Below are positions 36,976-45,206 of a stretch of 52,698 nucleotides of DNA, one piece after another. The DNA is taken from positions 1 to 52,698 of IMG/VR virus record IMGVR_UViG_3300025102_000043; one strand, given 5' to 3'. The notes below the pieces were generated by a model that was given only the letters and a program-made list of their open reading frames with translations, was not told the origin of the DNA and made no database searches. Made by a program: the position numbers and the translations under genes. Position 1 is the stretch's first letter. Every line of letters begins with the position of its first letter. Source of the DNA: a virus. Taxonomy: Duplodnaviria > Caudoviricetes.

Positions 36976-37368
36976 TTAATTAAATTTTGCTAACATTATT
37001 TTATCTATACTTTTTTGAACATCTTTTTTAGTTGCTTCCAACTCAAACATTATGTTCGCTTTAAATCTTTCCTTTTCCTCACCACTTTCAAATATAATTA
37101 CAGTGGGAATAGAAGTTACTTTATATTTTTCTTGCAAGTTAGGGTATTCTCCAATATTTACCCTATATTTTTCACAATCTCCTAATTTACTTAAATCTGC
37201 AAATTCATTACCACTATTCCATTCAACCCAAAATTCTACAGCAACAATATCTTTTGTTGTTTTTTCATTAAAGTTAGATGGCGTTAAAAACTCTTGACCA
37301 TTTATTTTTGCAACTGAAAATAAAACAATTAAGAATATTAACAATAATTTTAAATCTAAATATTTCAT
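36976..37368 (-). CDS. Secreted thioredoxin-fold protein lacking CxxC
   Basis: Signal peptide ending ING|Q; VAVEFWVEWN in place of FWAxWCxxC; KYKVTSIPTVIIFESGEEKERF. Confidence 0.75.
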   Translation of the reverse strand: MKYLDLKLLLIFLIVLFSVAKINGQEFLTPSNFNEKTTKDIVAVEFWVEWNSGNEFADLSKLGDCEKYRVNIGEYPNLQEKYKVTSIPTVIIFESGEEKERFKANIMFELEATKKDVQKSIDKIMLAKFN

Positions 37369-37653
37369 TTAATTCATTTTATCTATTTTATCTCTGAGGT
37401 ATTTCATGTCCTCTTTTATTTCATTAACATCTTCTTGCGTTGTTAATATAGTTTGACGTATCATTTCGTCTTTCATTTTAAATTCCATTTTAGTAACTTC
37501 TGGTGGGGGTGCTATTGGAAGTTCTTTTGCTTCAGCTATATCAGCTTGCAGTGTAAACCACATACCTACAAAAGCAAAAATTAAAACTGCTAAACCACCA
37601 AGTGATTTTAAACTTACCTCAAATTTAGATTCTTCTGATATTTCTTTTGCCAT
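37369..37653 (-). CDS. Single-pass membrane protein with C-terminal coiled coil; start probably ATG 37653
   Basis: LGGLAVLIFAFVGMWFTL transmembrane segment, then heptad-like EDVNEIKEDMKYLRDKIDKM. Confidence 0.7.
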   Translation of the reverse strand: MAKEISEESKFEVSLKSLGGLAVLIFAFVGMWFTLQADIAEAKELPIAPPPEVTKMEFKMKDEMIRQTILTTQEDVNEIKEDMKYLRDKIDKMN

Positions 37654-37657
37654 TGTT

Positions 37658-39451
37658 TTAGATTTTTCTACCCATATTATAATTGCCACTCTTAGCTCTT
37701 TTCTTTAAAGCAGGTTTTGTTGCAGGAGCTACCTTCTTAGCCATATCATGAACTGATAATGCAGCACCCACATAACCTAATCTTTTAAGAAGTGCTTTAC
37801 CTCCTTTTTTTGCTAATATTCTAGCTATTTGGGTTTTAGTCAACTTCTTAGTTCCTCCTTTTAAAGGTTGCTTTATTTTTTTAAACTTTGCATCTCTTTC
37901 TTCCATTTTTTTTAGGTATTCTTTCATACCATCACTCATTTCTCTAGCCATTGGAGTTCCTCCATCTTTATATGGTCTTTTCATAAAGTTTGTTCCTCCA
38001 CCTGGGTACTTACTTACTTTTCCACCATCTTTATATGGTCTTTTCATAAAATTAGTTCCTCCTCCTGGATACTTTTTCATAACGCCTCCTTTTTTATAAT
38101 TTTTCATAACTCCTCCTTTTTTATACATTCCTGAATTGCTTGCAGCCTTATCTGCTTTTTGCTCTTTTCTTATTCCTTTACCTTCCTTACCTTGGTCAAA
38201 AGCTCTATCTGATTTTCTTTCTTTTCTAGCAGCTTTTCTTTCTTGTCTATTTACGTAAGCTCTATCTGAAGATTCCATATTCATACTGTCTCCATGCATA
38301 GCCATTCCACCCATATTATATTCTCTAACAGGCTCATTCGTTCTGGATTTTTTAAACTTATCGTAATTTTTTAAATTCATATTACCTCTTGGAGAAGATA
38401 TTCCAAGTTTATCTTTTAGATTTCTATACCATCTTCTAGGAGAAATCATTCTTCCACCAGTGTATCTAAAACCTCTATCTTCTCTGCTTTGTTGTCTAGC
38501 TTTTCTTCGCATTGTTCTTCTATACTGTCTAGACTCTTTTCTGTATTTTTTACGTGCTTCTCTTTTTCTTTTTCTCTCTAGTCTATCTTCCATTCTTTTC
38601 TGCCTTCTAGCTTCTCTTTCGTCAAATCTTTCGTCTTTAGTTTTTTTAACTTTAATAGTTTTATTTGATTCTTCTGTTGGGTTTTTGTCTTTATTGTTGT
38701 TTTTATTTCTATTAATATCTTTGTCTCTTACTACTTGTGGTGTGTCAGAACCTTTATTGTAATTACCTTCACCATCTTCTTCATCCATTTCTATTGGATT
38801 TATTTCATCACCATTTACACCACCTTCATTATATTTTCTTTTTATAAAGTTTGTCCCTCCTCCTGGATATTTTTTTACCTTTCCTCCACCTTTATATGAT
38901 GATTCTTTTTTAGGCTTCATATTAGTATTAACCTCCTCAGTTAATACTTTTTTATAACTTGGGCTATCTTCAAAATCTGACACTTCACCCCAATATGTAA
39001 ACGACTTATAAGCTTTGCTATTTTTAGCATCTTTATATGCTTTTGAGTTTATCATTTCATCATAACTCATAAAATTAGCACCTGGCTTTTTAGACTTATC
39101 ATCGTCAGTTACCCCACCAAGAGCATACATTTTTTTATCTTTTTTGGCTTTTTGTTTTGGTTTATTTGGTGTTGAATCTGATACTTTATCATCTAAACCC
39201 CCTGTTGCATCATTAGCTAATTCACCTTCTTTTTCTTGGTCTTCTTTTATTTTAGTAGAATAAACATTCCTTTTTTCTAATAAGTTAAACTGTTTTGGTC
39301 TAAACTTAAAAGTCTCTTCTCCTGCAGCACGTTTTTTCTTAAACTTTTTATTAAACCTTTTTCTGGTTCTACTTTCTTTTTTTGGAGTTGTTGTTGCGTC
39401 TGTTGTTGTTGGTGTTTTTCCACCTTTTACATATTTATCTAACATTTTCAT
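37658..39451 (-). CDS. Basic, disordered protein with 12 YxxGG motifs (probable virion cargo/polyprotein)
   Basis: YVKGG, YALGG, YKGGG, YPGGG x3, YNEGG, YNMGG, YKKGG x2, YKDGG x2; K/R-rich. Confidence 0.75.
   Translation of the reverse strand: MKMLDKYVKGGKTPTTTDATTTPKKESRTRKRFNKKFKKKRAAGEETFKFRPKQFNLLEKRNVYSTKIKEDQEKEGELANDATGGLDDKVSDSTPNKPKQKAKKDKKMYALGGVTDDDKSKKPGANFMSYDEMINSKAYKDAKNSKAYKSFTYWGEVSDFEDSPSYKKVLTEEVNTNMKPKKESSYKGGGKVKKYPGGGTNFIKRKYNEGGVNGDEINPIEMDEEDGEGNYNKGSDTPQVVRDKDINRNKNNNKDKNPTEESNKTIKVKKTKDERFDEREARRQKRMEDRLERKRKREARKKYRKESRQYRRTMRRKARQQSREDRGFRYTGGRMISPRRWYRNLKDKLGISSPRGNMNLKNYDKFKKSRTNEPVREYNMGGMAMHGDSMNMESSDRAYVNRQERKAARKERKSDRAFDQGKEGKGIRKEQKADKAASNSGMYKKGGVMKNYKKGGVMKKYPGGGTNFMKRPYKDGGKVSKYPGGGTNFMKRPYKDGGTPMAREMSDGMKEYLKKMEERDAKFKKIKQPLKGGTKKLTKTQIARILAKKGGKALLKRLGYVGAALSVHDMAKKVAPATKPALKKRAKSGNYNMGRKI
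37962..38075 (-). repeat. 63-bp-period tandem duplication encoding KYPGGGTNFMKRPYKDGG
   Basis: Two near-identical copies, plus a third diverged copy near 38822-38875. Confidence 0.8.
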
Positions 39452-39454
39452 ATT

Positions 39455-41761
39455 TTATCTTTTTTTTCTATTAGCCTTAGGTCTTCCAATAGCTATTATA
39501 ATTGCCATTTTATTTTTACCATTTTTCATTTTTCCTTTATTTGCCTTAACCATCATGCCTTTTTTTGCTTTACTTTCTCTAAGTGCTTTAGCAGTTGGTG
39601 CTCCTTTACTACCAGGTTTTCTCATTTTTTCTCCAGAGCCTGCAGCAATTCTTTTTTTCTTAGCATGAATATTATGCCAAAGACCTTTTCTTTTTGCTAT
39701 ACCACCCTTTCTCATATCGTTACTAAATGCGTCTCGTAAGTTGTCATCATATTGGGAGTTTTTCTCTGCCTCTTTTATTCTTTCACTCTCTTGCGTTGTT
39801 TCTTTTGCTTTTTGCATATCTTTCTCAACTTGGTTTTTGTGAGTTATATTAAAAGACTTTACATTACCATTTTCATCATAATATTTAAACGCTTTAGTGC
39901 CACCTCCTCCATCTGATTGTGCCCAGGAATCAGCAAATGCCATAGCTCTATCGTAACTACTATAAACACTTCCTCCATCTTTATATTTATTAACCATCAT
40001 ACCCTTCTTAGCAAATCTATTTCCACCTGCTTCTTTATATAGCTCTTCAGCACCTTCAGGAACTTCTCCTGTTTGCTTGTATTGCCTATACATTTTCATA
40101 GCATCTTTTTTCTGACCCTTAGAAGCACCTCTATATAGGTTTTTAGCGTAGCTCATATCATCTTTACTAGCACCCATTGCTTTACCCTCTTTTCTAATTG
40201 CTCTTACTCCACCATGCATGTATTTAGTGACTCCTCCTTTTTTCATTTTACCCATCATAGGTCTTGTGGTTTTTTGCTTTACCTCTTCAGAATCTTTTTT
40301 TCTATCAGCTCTATCTTGAGCATCTTGTTTCTTTTCGTCTGCTATAGCTTTATCATAATCCTTTTGACTTTTGTTTTGTTTATCCCTAGTTTCTTCCATG
40401 TATATATCCCTAACACTTTCATTACTTTTCTTATTCATGGCAAGACTTATTCTCTCCTTTCTTTTTAATTCTTTTTCCATCTCAGGAGTCCATTTACCCT
40501 CTTTCTCTAGTCTTAATTTTTTTTGTCTTTCAATATTTAAACCTCTATCTAACATTCCATAATCAGTCATAGCCTTATATGGAGAACCACCACTAGTTGG
40601 GCTGTCTTCATAAAACTGATATTCTGACACAGGTTTTTGTTCTCTTTTTTGAACAAATCTATTATATCTAGTTTTTAATTTATCTTTGGATTTTTGAAGC
40701 CAGTTTCTTTTACTTTCCTTTTGAGGAGGTATTCCACCATTGTTATATTTTTTCATACTTTTTCTTTTATTAACAACCATTCCTTTTTTGGCAGTAACTT
40801 CGTCTGCTACATCGCCTAATTTATCACCAAGACCTTCTGTAGCGTCACTTAATGTATCACCAAGACCTTCTGTTGCCTCAGATAAACCTTCTCCTGCACT
40901 TGATAATGCATCACCTGCTGAATCTGCTATATTTGAGCTAGCATCTGACAAGCCTTCTCCCATATTAGAAGTTGCATCACCTAAAGCGTTGCCAGCACCC
41001 TGCATTGATTGAGGAGTCATATTTCTAGACTCGTGACTATAGTTTCCTTCTGCTCTACCAATATTAGGATTTTCTCCTTCACCAAAAGTTGATTGAGGAA
41101 TATACTCATCACCTGGATTTACTGTCTGTGGAGTTATGTCTGTATCCATATTTTGCCTGGATATTGTTTGAGGAGTAGCATCTGTATCTATATCTTTTCT
41201 AGATATTGTTTGAGGAGTATAATCTTCGTCTCCACCTCCAGTGTCATTGCCCCCAGTATCACCATCACCATCACCATCACCATCACCATCTCCATTTCCA
41301 TTTCCATCACCATCACCATCACCATCTCCATTTCCATCACCATCACCATCACCATCACCATCTCCATCTCCATTTCCATTTTCATCTAACTCTTCCCTTG
41401 GGTCTTTATCTACTAAGATTTCATCATCTGTATTGTTATTCTCTTCTATTACACTTGAATCGTCTTCACTACCTTTATTCTTATTCTTATTTTTGTTTTT
41501 GGTCTTATTCTTGTTTTTGTTTCCACCACCCAAGTCTATAGCTTCTGCCTGATGAAATTGAGTTCCACCTCCACCTCCACCTGAAGGAGCTTGTTTTTCG
41601 TAGAATCGTACACCACCACCTTCAGCATAGTTTGGTATAGACATGCCTGCTTTGTTATCTTCAGTATATATTATTGGTAAATCGTTTTTCTTAGCATATG
41701 CTTTTGCATCTGCTAAACCCTTGTCAGTGTATGGGAATTTCTTTTTTCCTACTCTTGGCAT
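39455..41761 (-). CDS. Modular low-complexity protein with [YM]xxGG and AKKGM motifs (probable virion cargo/polyprotein)
   Basis: YAEGG, YNNGG, MKKGG, YMHGG, YKDGG, MRKGG, AKKGM x3; GD tract; 14-aa and 11-aa repeats. Confidence 0.75.
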   Translation of the reverse strand: MPRVGKKKFPYTDKGLADAKAYAKKNDLPIIYTEDNKAGMSIPNYAEGGGVRFYEKQAPSGGGGGGTQFHQAEAIDLGGGNKNKNKTKNKNKNKNKGSEDDSSVIEENNNTDDEILVDKDPREELDENGNGDGDGDGDGDGDGNGDGDGDGDGNGNGDGDGDGDGDGDTGGNDTGGGDEDYTPQTISRKDIDTDATPQTISRQNMDTDITPQTVNPGDEYIPQSTFGEGENPNIGRAEGNYSHESRNMTPQSMQGAGNALGDATSNMGEGLSDASSNIADSAGDALSSAGEGLSEATEGLGDTLSDATEGLGDKLGDVADEVTAKKGMVVNKRKSMKKYNNGGIPPQKESKRNWLQKSKDKLKTRYNRFVQKREQKPVSEYQFYEDSPTSGGSPYKAMTDYGMLDRGLNIERQKKLRLEKEGKWTPEMEKELKRKERISLAMNKKSNESVRDIYMEETRDKQNKSQKDYDKAIADEKKQDAQDRADRKKDSEEVKQKTTRPMMGKMKKGGVTKYMHGGVRAIRKEGKAMGASKDDMSYAKNLYRGASKGQKKDAMKMYRQYKQTGEVPEGAEELYKEAGGNRFAKKGMMVNKYKDGGSVYSSYDRAMAFADSWAQSDGGGGTKAFKYYDENGNVKSFNITHKNQVEKDMQKAKETTQESERIKEAEKNSQYDDNLRDAFSNDMRKGGIAKRKGLWHNIHAKKKRIAAGSGEKMRKPGSKGAPTAKALRESKAKKGMMVKANKGKMKNGKNKMAIIIAIGRPKANRKKR
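41258..41380 (-). repeat. Hexamer microsatellite encoding (Gly-Asp/Asn)n
   Basis: About 20 ACCATC/TCCATT-type units. Confidence 0.95.
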
Positions 41762-41765
41762 TTTA

Positions 41766-42089
41766 TTATATTTTTGCTTCTTTTTGTTCTAATATATTAT
41801 AGAACCTAGTTATCATTAATTTTGCTCTGTGTGACATCATATATTTCCTGGCTCTATGCCTAGCTCTCTCTTGATAAATTGCAAGATAACCTTTTTTTAG
41901 TAAATCTGGCATATTTCTGGTCAAAAAAGTCATTGAGCACTTATAGTTGTTTTTAACATAAGTACCTGTGAAATACTTTAAATCACACACAAAGAACAAA
42001 AATTCTATGTCTGAAATCTTCAAACTATAGTTGTCTCTAAAATAAAACAAGGTGTCCCTGTAATACTTTAAATAGTTATTTTCTTGCAT
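41766..42089 (-). CDS. Probable winged-helix DNA-binding protein
   Basis: 107 aa basic; L...DIEFLFF...LLKKGYLAI...RKYMMS resembles the MarR-like wHTH layout; first gene of the leftward unit. Confidence 0.5.
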   Translation of the reverse strand: MQENNYLKYYRDTLFYFRDNYSLKISDIEFLFFVCDLKYFTGTYVKNNYKCSMTFLTRNMPDLLKKGYLAIYQERARHRARKYMMSHRAKLMITRFYNILEQKEAKI

Positions 42090-42107
42090 TTAATTAAAAT
42101 ATAATGA

Positions 42108-42136
42108 CAAATATAAATAAATTATTCTTATATTTG
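42108..42136. promoter_or_regulatory. Back-to-back divergent TATATTTG promoters
   Basis: CAAATATA at 42108-42115 (minus) and TATATTTG at 42129-42136 (plus), exactly at the strand switch. Confidence 0.8.
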
Positions 42137-42172
42137 ACAATAAATAAATTATAATCTTAAAATATATACAAA

Positions 42173-42721
42173 ATGGCTAGTAAGTTTTTTTCCACAAGAG
42201 TTGTTCCAGTGTGTTCTACATCAGCTGTGGCAAATAATTCAGTTTTATTTGTTTCATCTGAAGTTCCAACAGGAGTTAGAAATGGTCAATCAGTAATGTT
42301 AAAATCAATTACTGTTATAGATGCAGAGGATGAACTAGAAAACATAGAGCTTTTATTTTTTAGAAAAAGGAGAAATGCTGCTGGCACTGAGGTTGGTTTA
42401 ACAACATTGAGTGGTGCTGTAGATATAACAGCAGCTAATTTGGTTTCTCTTGAACCAATAGGCAGTGTAATGCTAGATTTAGATGGAACTGGTGCTAATG
42501 GTTTTACTGCTACTGAAAAAATGGACCTTATAAATGCTGGTGTTCACACAAGAACTGATATAAACCTTATTATGACAAGCCACCCTAGCGAGTCTAATGA
42601 TGAGCCACTTGCAGAAGAGGGGTGTATATATATGGCAGGAGTTAATAGAGGCTCTGGTAGTATTGGTTTAACATCTGCTTCTGCTTACACTTTTGTTTTA
42701 GGGTTTGAGTTATCAGCTTAA
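42173..42721 (+). CDS. Probable beta-rich virion protein
   Basis: 182 aa; small and aliphatic residues; precedes a fibre-like gene. Confidence 0.55.
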   Translation: MASKFFSTRVVPVCSTSAVANNSVLFVSSEVPTGVRNGQSVMLKSITVIDAEDELENIELLFFRKRRNAAGTEVGLTTLSGAVDITAANLVSLEPIGSVMLDLDGTGANGFTATEKMDLINAGVHTRTDINLIMTSHPSESNDEPLAEEGCIYMAGVNRGSGSIGLTSASAYTFVLGFELSA

Positions 42722-42733
42722 AATAAACATTAA

Positions 42734-44629
42734 ATGGGTACGAAAACAATTACACCCAGAAGTAATAACGATGGGCAGATAGGTTCATCTTCTAAGTATT
42801 GGGATAAAGGATTCTTTAATGACCTTCATGTTAATAATCTTCACACATCACCTTCGTCAACTCTTTCTGCAAATGCAATATCTGTAACAGCAAATGCAGG
42901 AATTTTATTTGAAGGTGCTATTGCTGATGAGTTTGAGACAGTGGTTACTGCTATAAACCCAACAGCAGATAGAGGGATTCTTTTACCAGATGCTTCAGGT
43001 ATATTTGCTTTAACTTCTGGTGTTGGTGTGACAACATTAAGTGGTACAACAGCTAATGGTTTTGTAACATTTGCAAGTTCTGGAGTATTAGATGTTGAGT
43101 CTACTATTGTATACGATGGGAGTGATAGTGGATTAACACACACTCCACTTGCATGGTCTAGCACTAAAAAATTTCACGTATTAGATTTAAATGATTCTGC
43201 TGCTTCTAGCACTCGTAACTGTATAGGTCTTGAAATTGATTATGATAAAACAGTTGATACAGGTGGTGGAGATGTTATAACAGCTGCTGGTTTGGATGTG
43301 ATTTTAAATGACGCTGCAACAAGTAATGCTGGTACTACAATTTTATATGGAATTAGAAATCAGAATACTCTTGCTAATGCTAATGGTACTACTTCTATTT
43401 ATGGTATTCAAAACGCATTATCTGGTGGTGATATTCAATGGGGGATTAGAAATGTTTGTTTAGGAGGAACTGCTGCAACAACAACTGGACTTTATCAAAT
43501 AGTAGAAGATGGTGGAATTGATATTAGATTAAATAGTTCTGCTGATACTGGAGATTATTTTTCTATAGCAACAACAACTCATGGTGCTACAACAATTAGT
43601 ACAGTAGATGACGATACTACTTTAGCTCATTTAACACTTGATGTGCATGGTGATATAACATTAGATGCCCAAGGCAAAAATGTATATATGGCAAGAGATG
43701 GTAGTAATGTATTTGATTTTAATGTAGACACATCAAGTATGAAAATAATGGACACTACAGACAGTGGAGATTATTTTTCTATAGCAACAACAACTCATGG
43801 TGCTACAACTTTAACAACAGTAGATGATGATAACAGTGGTAGCGCTGCCTCTGCTGATTTAACTCTAAATATTGATGGTGATATTGTTTTAAATTCTGAA
43901 ACTGGTGCTGGAGCAACAGGTGGAATTAAATTTCAACAAGTAGGAACAGAGTTTATGAATTTTACAGCTCATCATGCTGGTTCTTTTTTGCAGATACTTG
44001 GAAATGGTGGAACTTCTACAGGTGATTCATTCTTTATAGACGTAGCAGAACATGGAGACACAACTTTAACAACAGTAGATGCTGCTGGAGCTCAAGGACA
44101 CTTTAGAATTGAGTCAGATGGCGATATAATATTAAACCCTGGAAGTGGTAATATACAAATTCAAGATACTGCTGCAGAATTGGTTTCAGCAGGTCAACAT
44201 ATACATAAACAAGTTAAAGTTGTTTTGTCACAAGCTAATTGTAATGATTTACATTCTACACCTATAGAACTTATACCTTCTCAAGGAGCTAACACTATTA
44301 TAGTTCCACAATCAGGAATAATGATGGTAGATAATAATACATCTGTAAACCAAACAAATAGTTCAGCAGATTTAAATTTTCATTACGCTGATAAAGAACC
44401 TGGAGCTTATGGAACTACAACATTGTTTCACATAAGAAGATTTATGAATACTAATCATTTAACTGATATAGTTTATTCTTTAGGTGAAATGAGTGGATTT
44501 GAAATATCACAAAATTTAACAGACTGTGTAGATAAAGCTGTAGAAGTCTCTGTAGACTCTGCATTAACTAATAATAGTATGACTTCAATAACTATATATT
44601 TAAGTTATCACGTAATAAACATATCGTAA
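42734..44629 (+). CDS. Fibre/spike-like protein with internal repeats
   Basis: FEGAIADEFET.....PTADRGILLPDASG fibre motif; beta-solenoid-like YGI.N repeats; three GD.F.I...HG.TT..TVD units. Confidence 0.7.
   Translation: MGTKTITPRSNNDGQIGSSSKYWDKGFFNDLHVNNLHTSPSSTLSANAISVTANAGILFEGAIADEFETVVTAINPTADRGILLPDASGIFALTSGVGVTTLSGTTANGFVTFASSGVLDVESTIVYDGSDSGLTHTPLAWSSTKKFHVLDLNDSAASSTRNCIGLEIDYDKTVDTGGGDVITAAGLDVILNDAATSNAGTTILYGIRNQNTLANANGTTSIYGIQNALSGGDIQWGIRNVCLGGTAATTTGLYQIVEDGGIDIRLNSSADTGDYFSIATTTHGATTISTVDDDTTLAHLTLDVHGDITLDAQGKNVYMARDGSNVFDFNVDTSSMKIMDTTDSGDYFSIATTTHGATTLTTVDDDNSGSAASADLTLNIDGDIVLNSETGAGATGGIKFQQVGTEFMNFTAHHAGSFLQILGNGGTSTGDSFFIDVAEHGDTTLTTVDAAGAQGHFRIESDGDIILNPGSGNIQIQDTAAELVSAGQHIHKQVKVVLSQANCNDLHSTPIELIPSQGANTIIVPQSGIMMVDNNTSVNQTNSSADLNFHYADKEPGAYGTTTLFHIRRFMNTNHLTDIVYSLGEMSGFEISQNLTDCVDKAVEVSVDSALTNNSMTSITIYLSYHVINIS
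43549..43809 (+). repeat. 45-bp exact direct repeat (43549-43593 and 43765-43809)
   Basis: TGGAGATTATTTTTCTATAGCAACAACAACTCATGGTGCTACAAC twice, 216 bp apart. Confidence 0.9.
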
Positions 44630-44630
44630 T

Positions 44631-45170
44631 ATGGTACTAACAGCAAAAGCATACGAATCATTTTTTGCAACTTCTGGAGGAGGTGCAAGAGAAATAGACA
44701 ATACAACATTAACAAATATAGAATCAGCTTGGGATGCAGAAAAAGCAGATGGTTGTAGGAAATATGTTGATGACCCTATCTTTGCTCCTATTATTTTTCA
44801 ACTTCAAAAAATGCAAGATGAAATAGATTATCTTAGAACAGAGGTGTCATCCAATAAAGATAAGGCTACATTTCCAGGACTAGGAACTAGTAGCACTACA
44901 GCGTTAGCTGGTGACACAACAGTTATAGTAAAGGCACAAGCTGATGCTATAATACAAAACACAGCCAAGACTAGTATGACTTTAGGTACAAGTGGTAGCA
45001 CAGCATTAGCTGGTGATACTAATATAGTAACAATAGGTAGTAGCACAACAATAGCGTTTGGTGATATGATAACAGTTCCAGGAAAAGGAAAAGTACCAGC
45101 ATCGTATAATATAGTAATGACAGTTACAAATAGTGGAGTAAGTAAAGCAATAACATTAACATTAACATAA
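44631..45170 (+). CDS. Fibre-associated protein with a short coiled coil and GTSxxTALAGD repeats
   Basis: LQKMQDEIDYLRTEV; LGTSSTTALAGDT and LGTSGSTALAGDT. Confidence 0.65.
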   Translation: MVLTAKAYESFFATSGGGAREIDNTTLTNIESAWDAEKADGCRKYVDDPIFAPIIFQLQKMQDEIDYLRTEVSSNKDKATFPGLGTSSTTALAGDTTVIVKAQADAIIQNTAKTSMTLGTSGSTALAGDTNIVTIGSSTTIAFGDMITVPGKGKVPASYNIVMTVTNSGVSKAITLTLT

Positions 45171-45180
45171 AATAATTTCG

Positions 45181-45188
45181 TATATTTA
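45181..45188 (+). promoter_or_regulatory. TATATTTA promoter element for the envelope gene cluster
   Basis: TATATTTACAG in the gap upstream of ATG 45207. Confidence 0.55.
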
Positions 45189-45206
45189 CAGGTAAAAACA
45201 AAAACG

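Noticed and set aside
1243-40562. Many 60-130 aa plus-strand or nested ORFs in the track
   Set aside because: Antisense or out-of-frame shadows of long, tightly packed minus-strand genes, with no independent start signals
41093-41552. Poly-His, (SP)n, (IT)n and (MV)n ORFs
   Set aside because: Alternate-frame readings of the hexamer repeat within the real 768-aa gene
43549-43809. 45-bp repeat as a DGR template/variable pair or CRISPR repeat
   Set aside because: Copies are identical, in frame within one gene and 216 bp apart; no adenine-specific differences and no reverse transcriptase or cas gene seen
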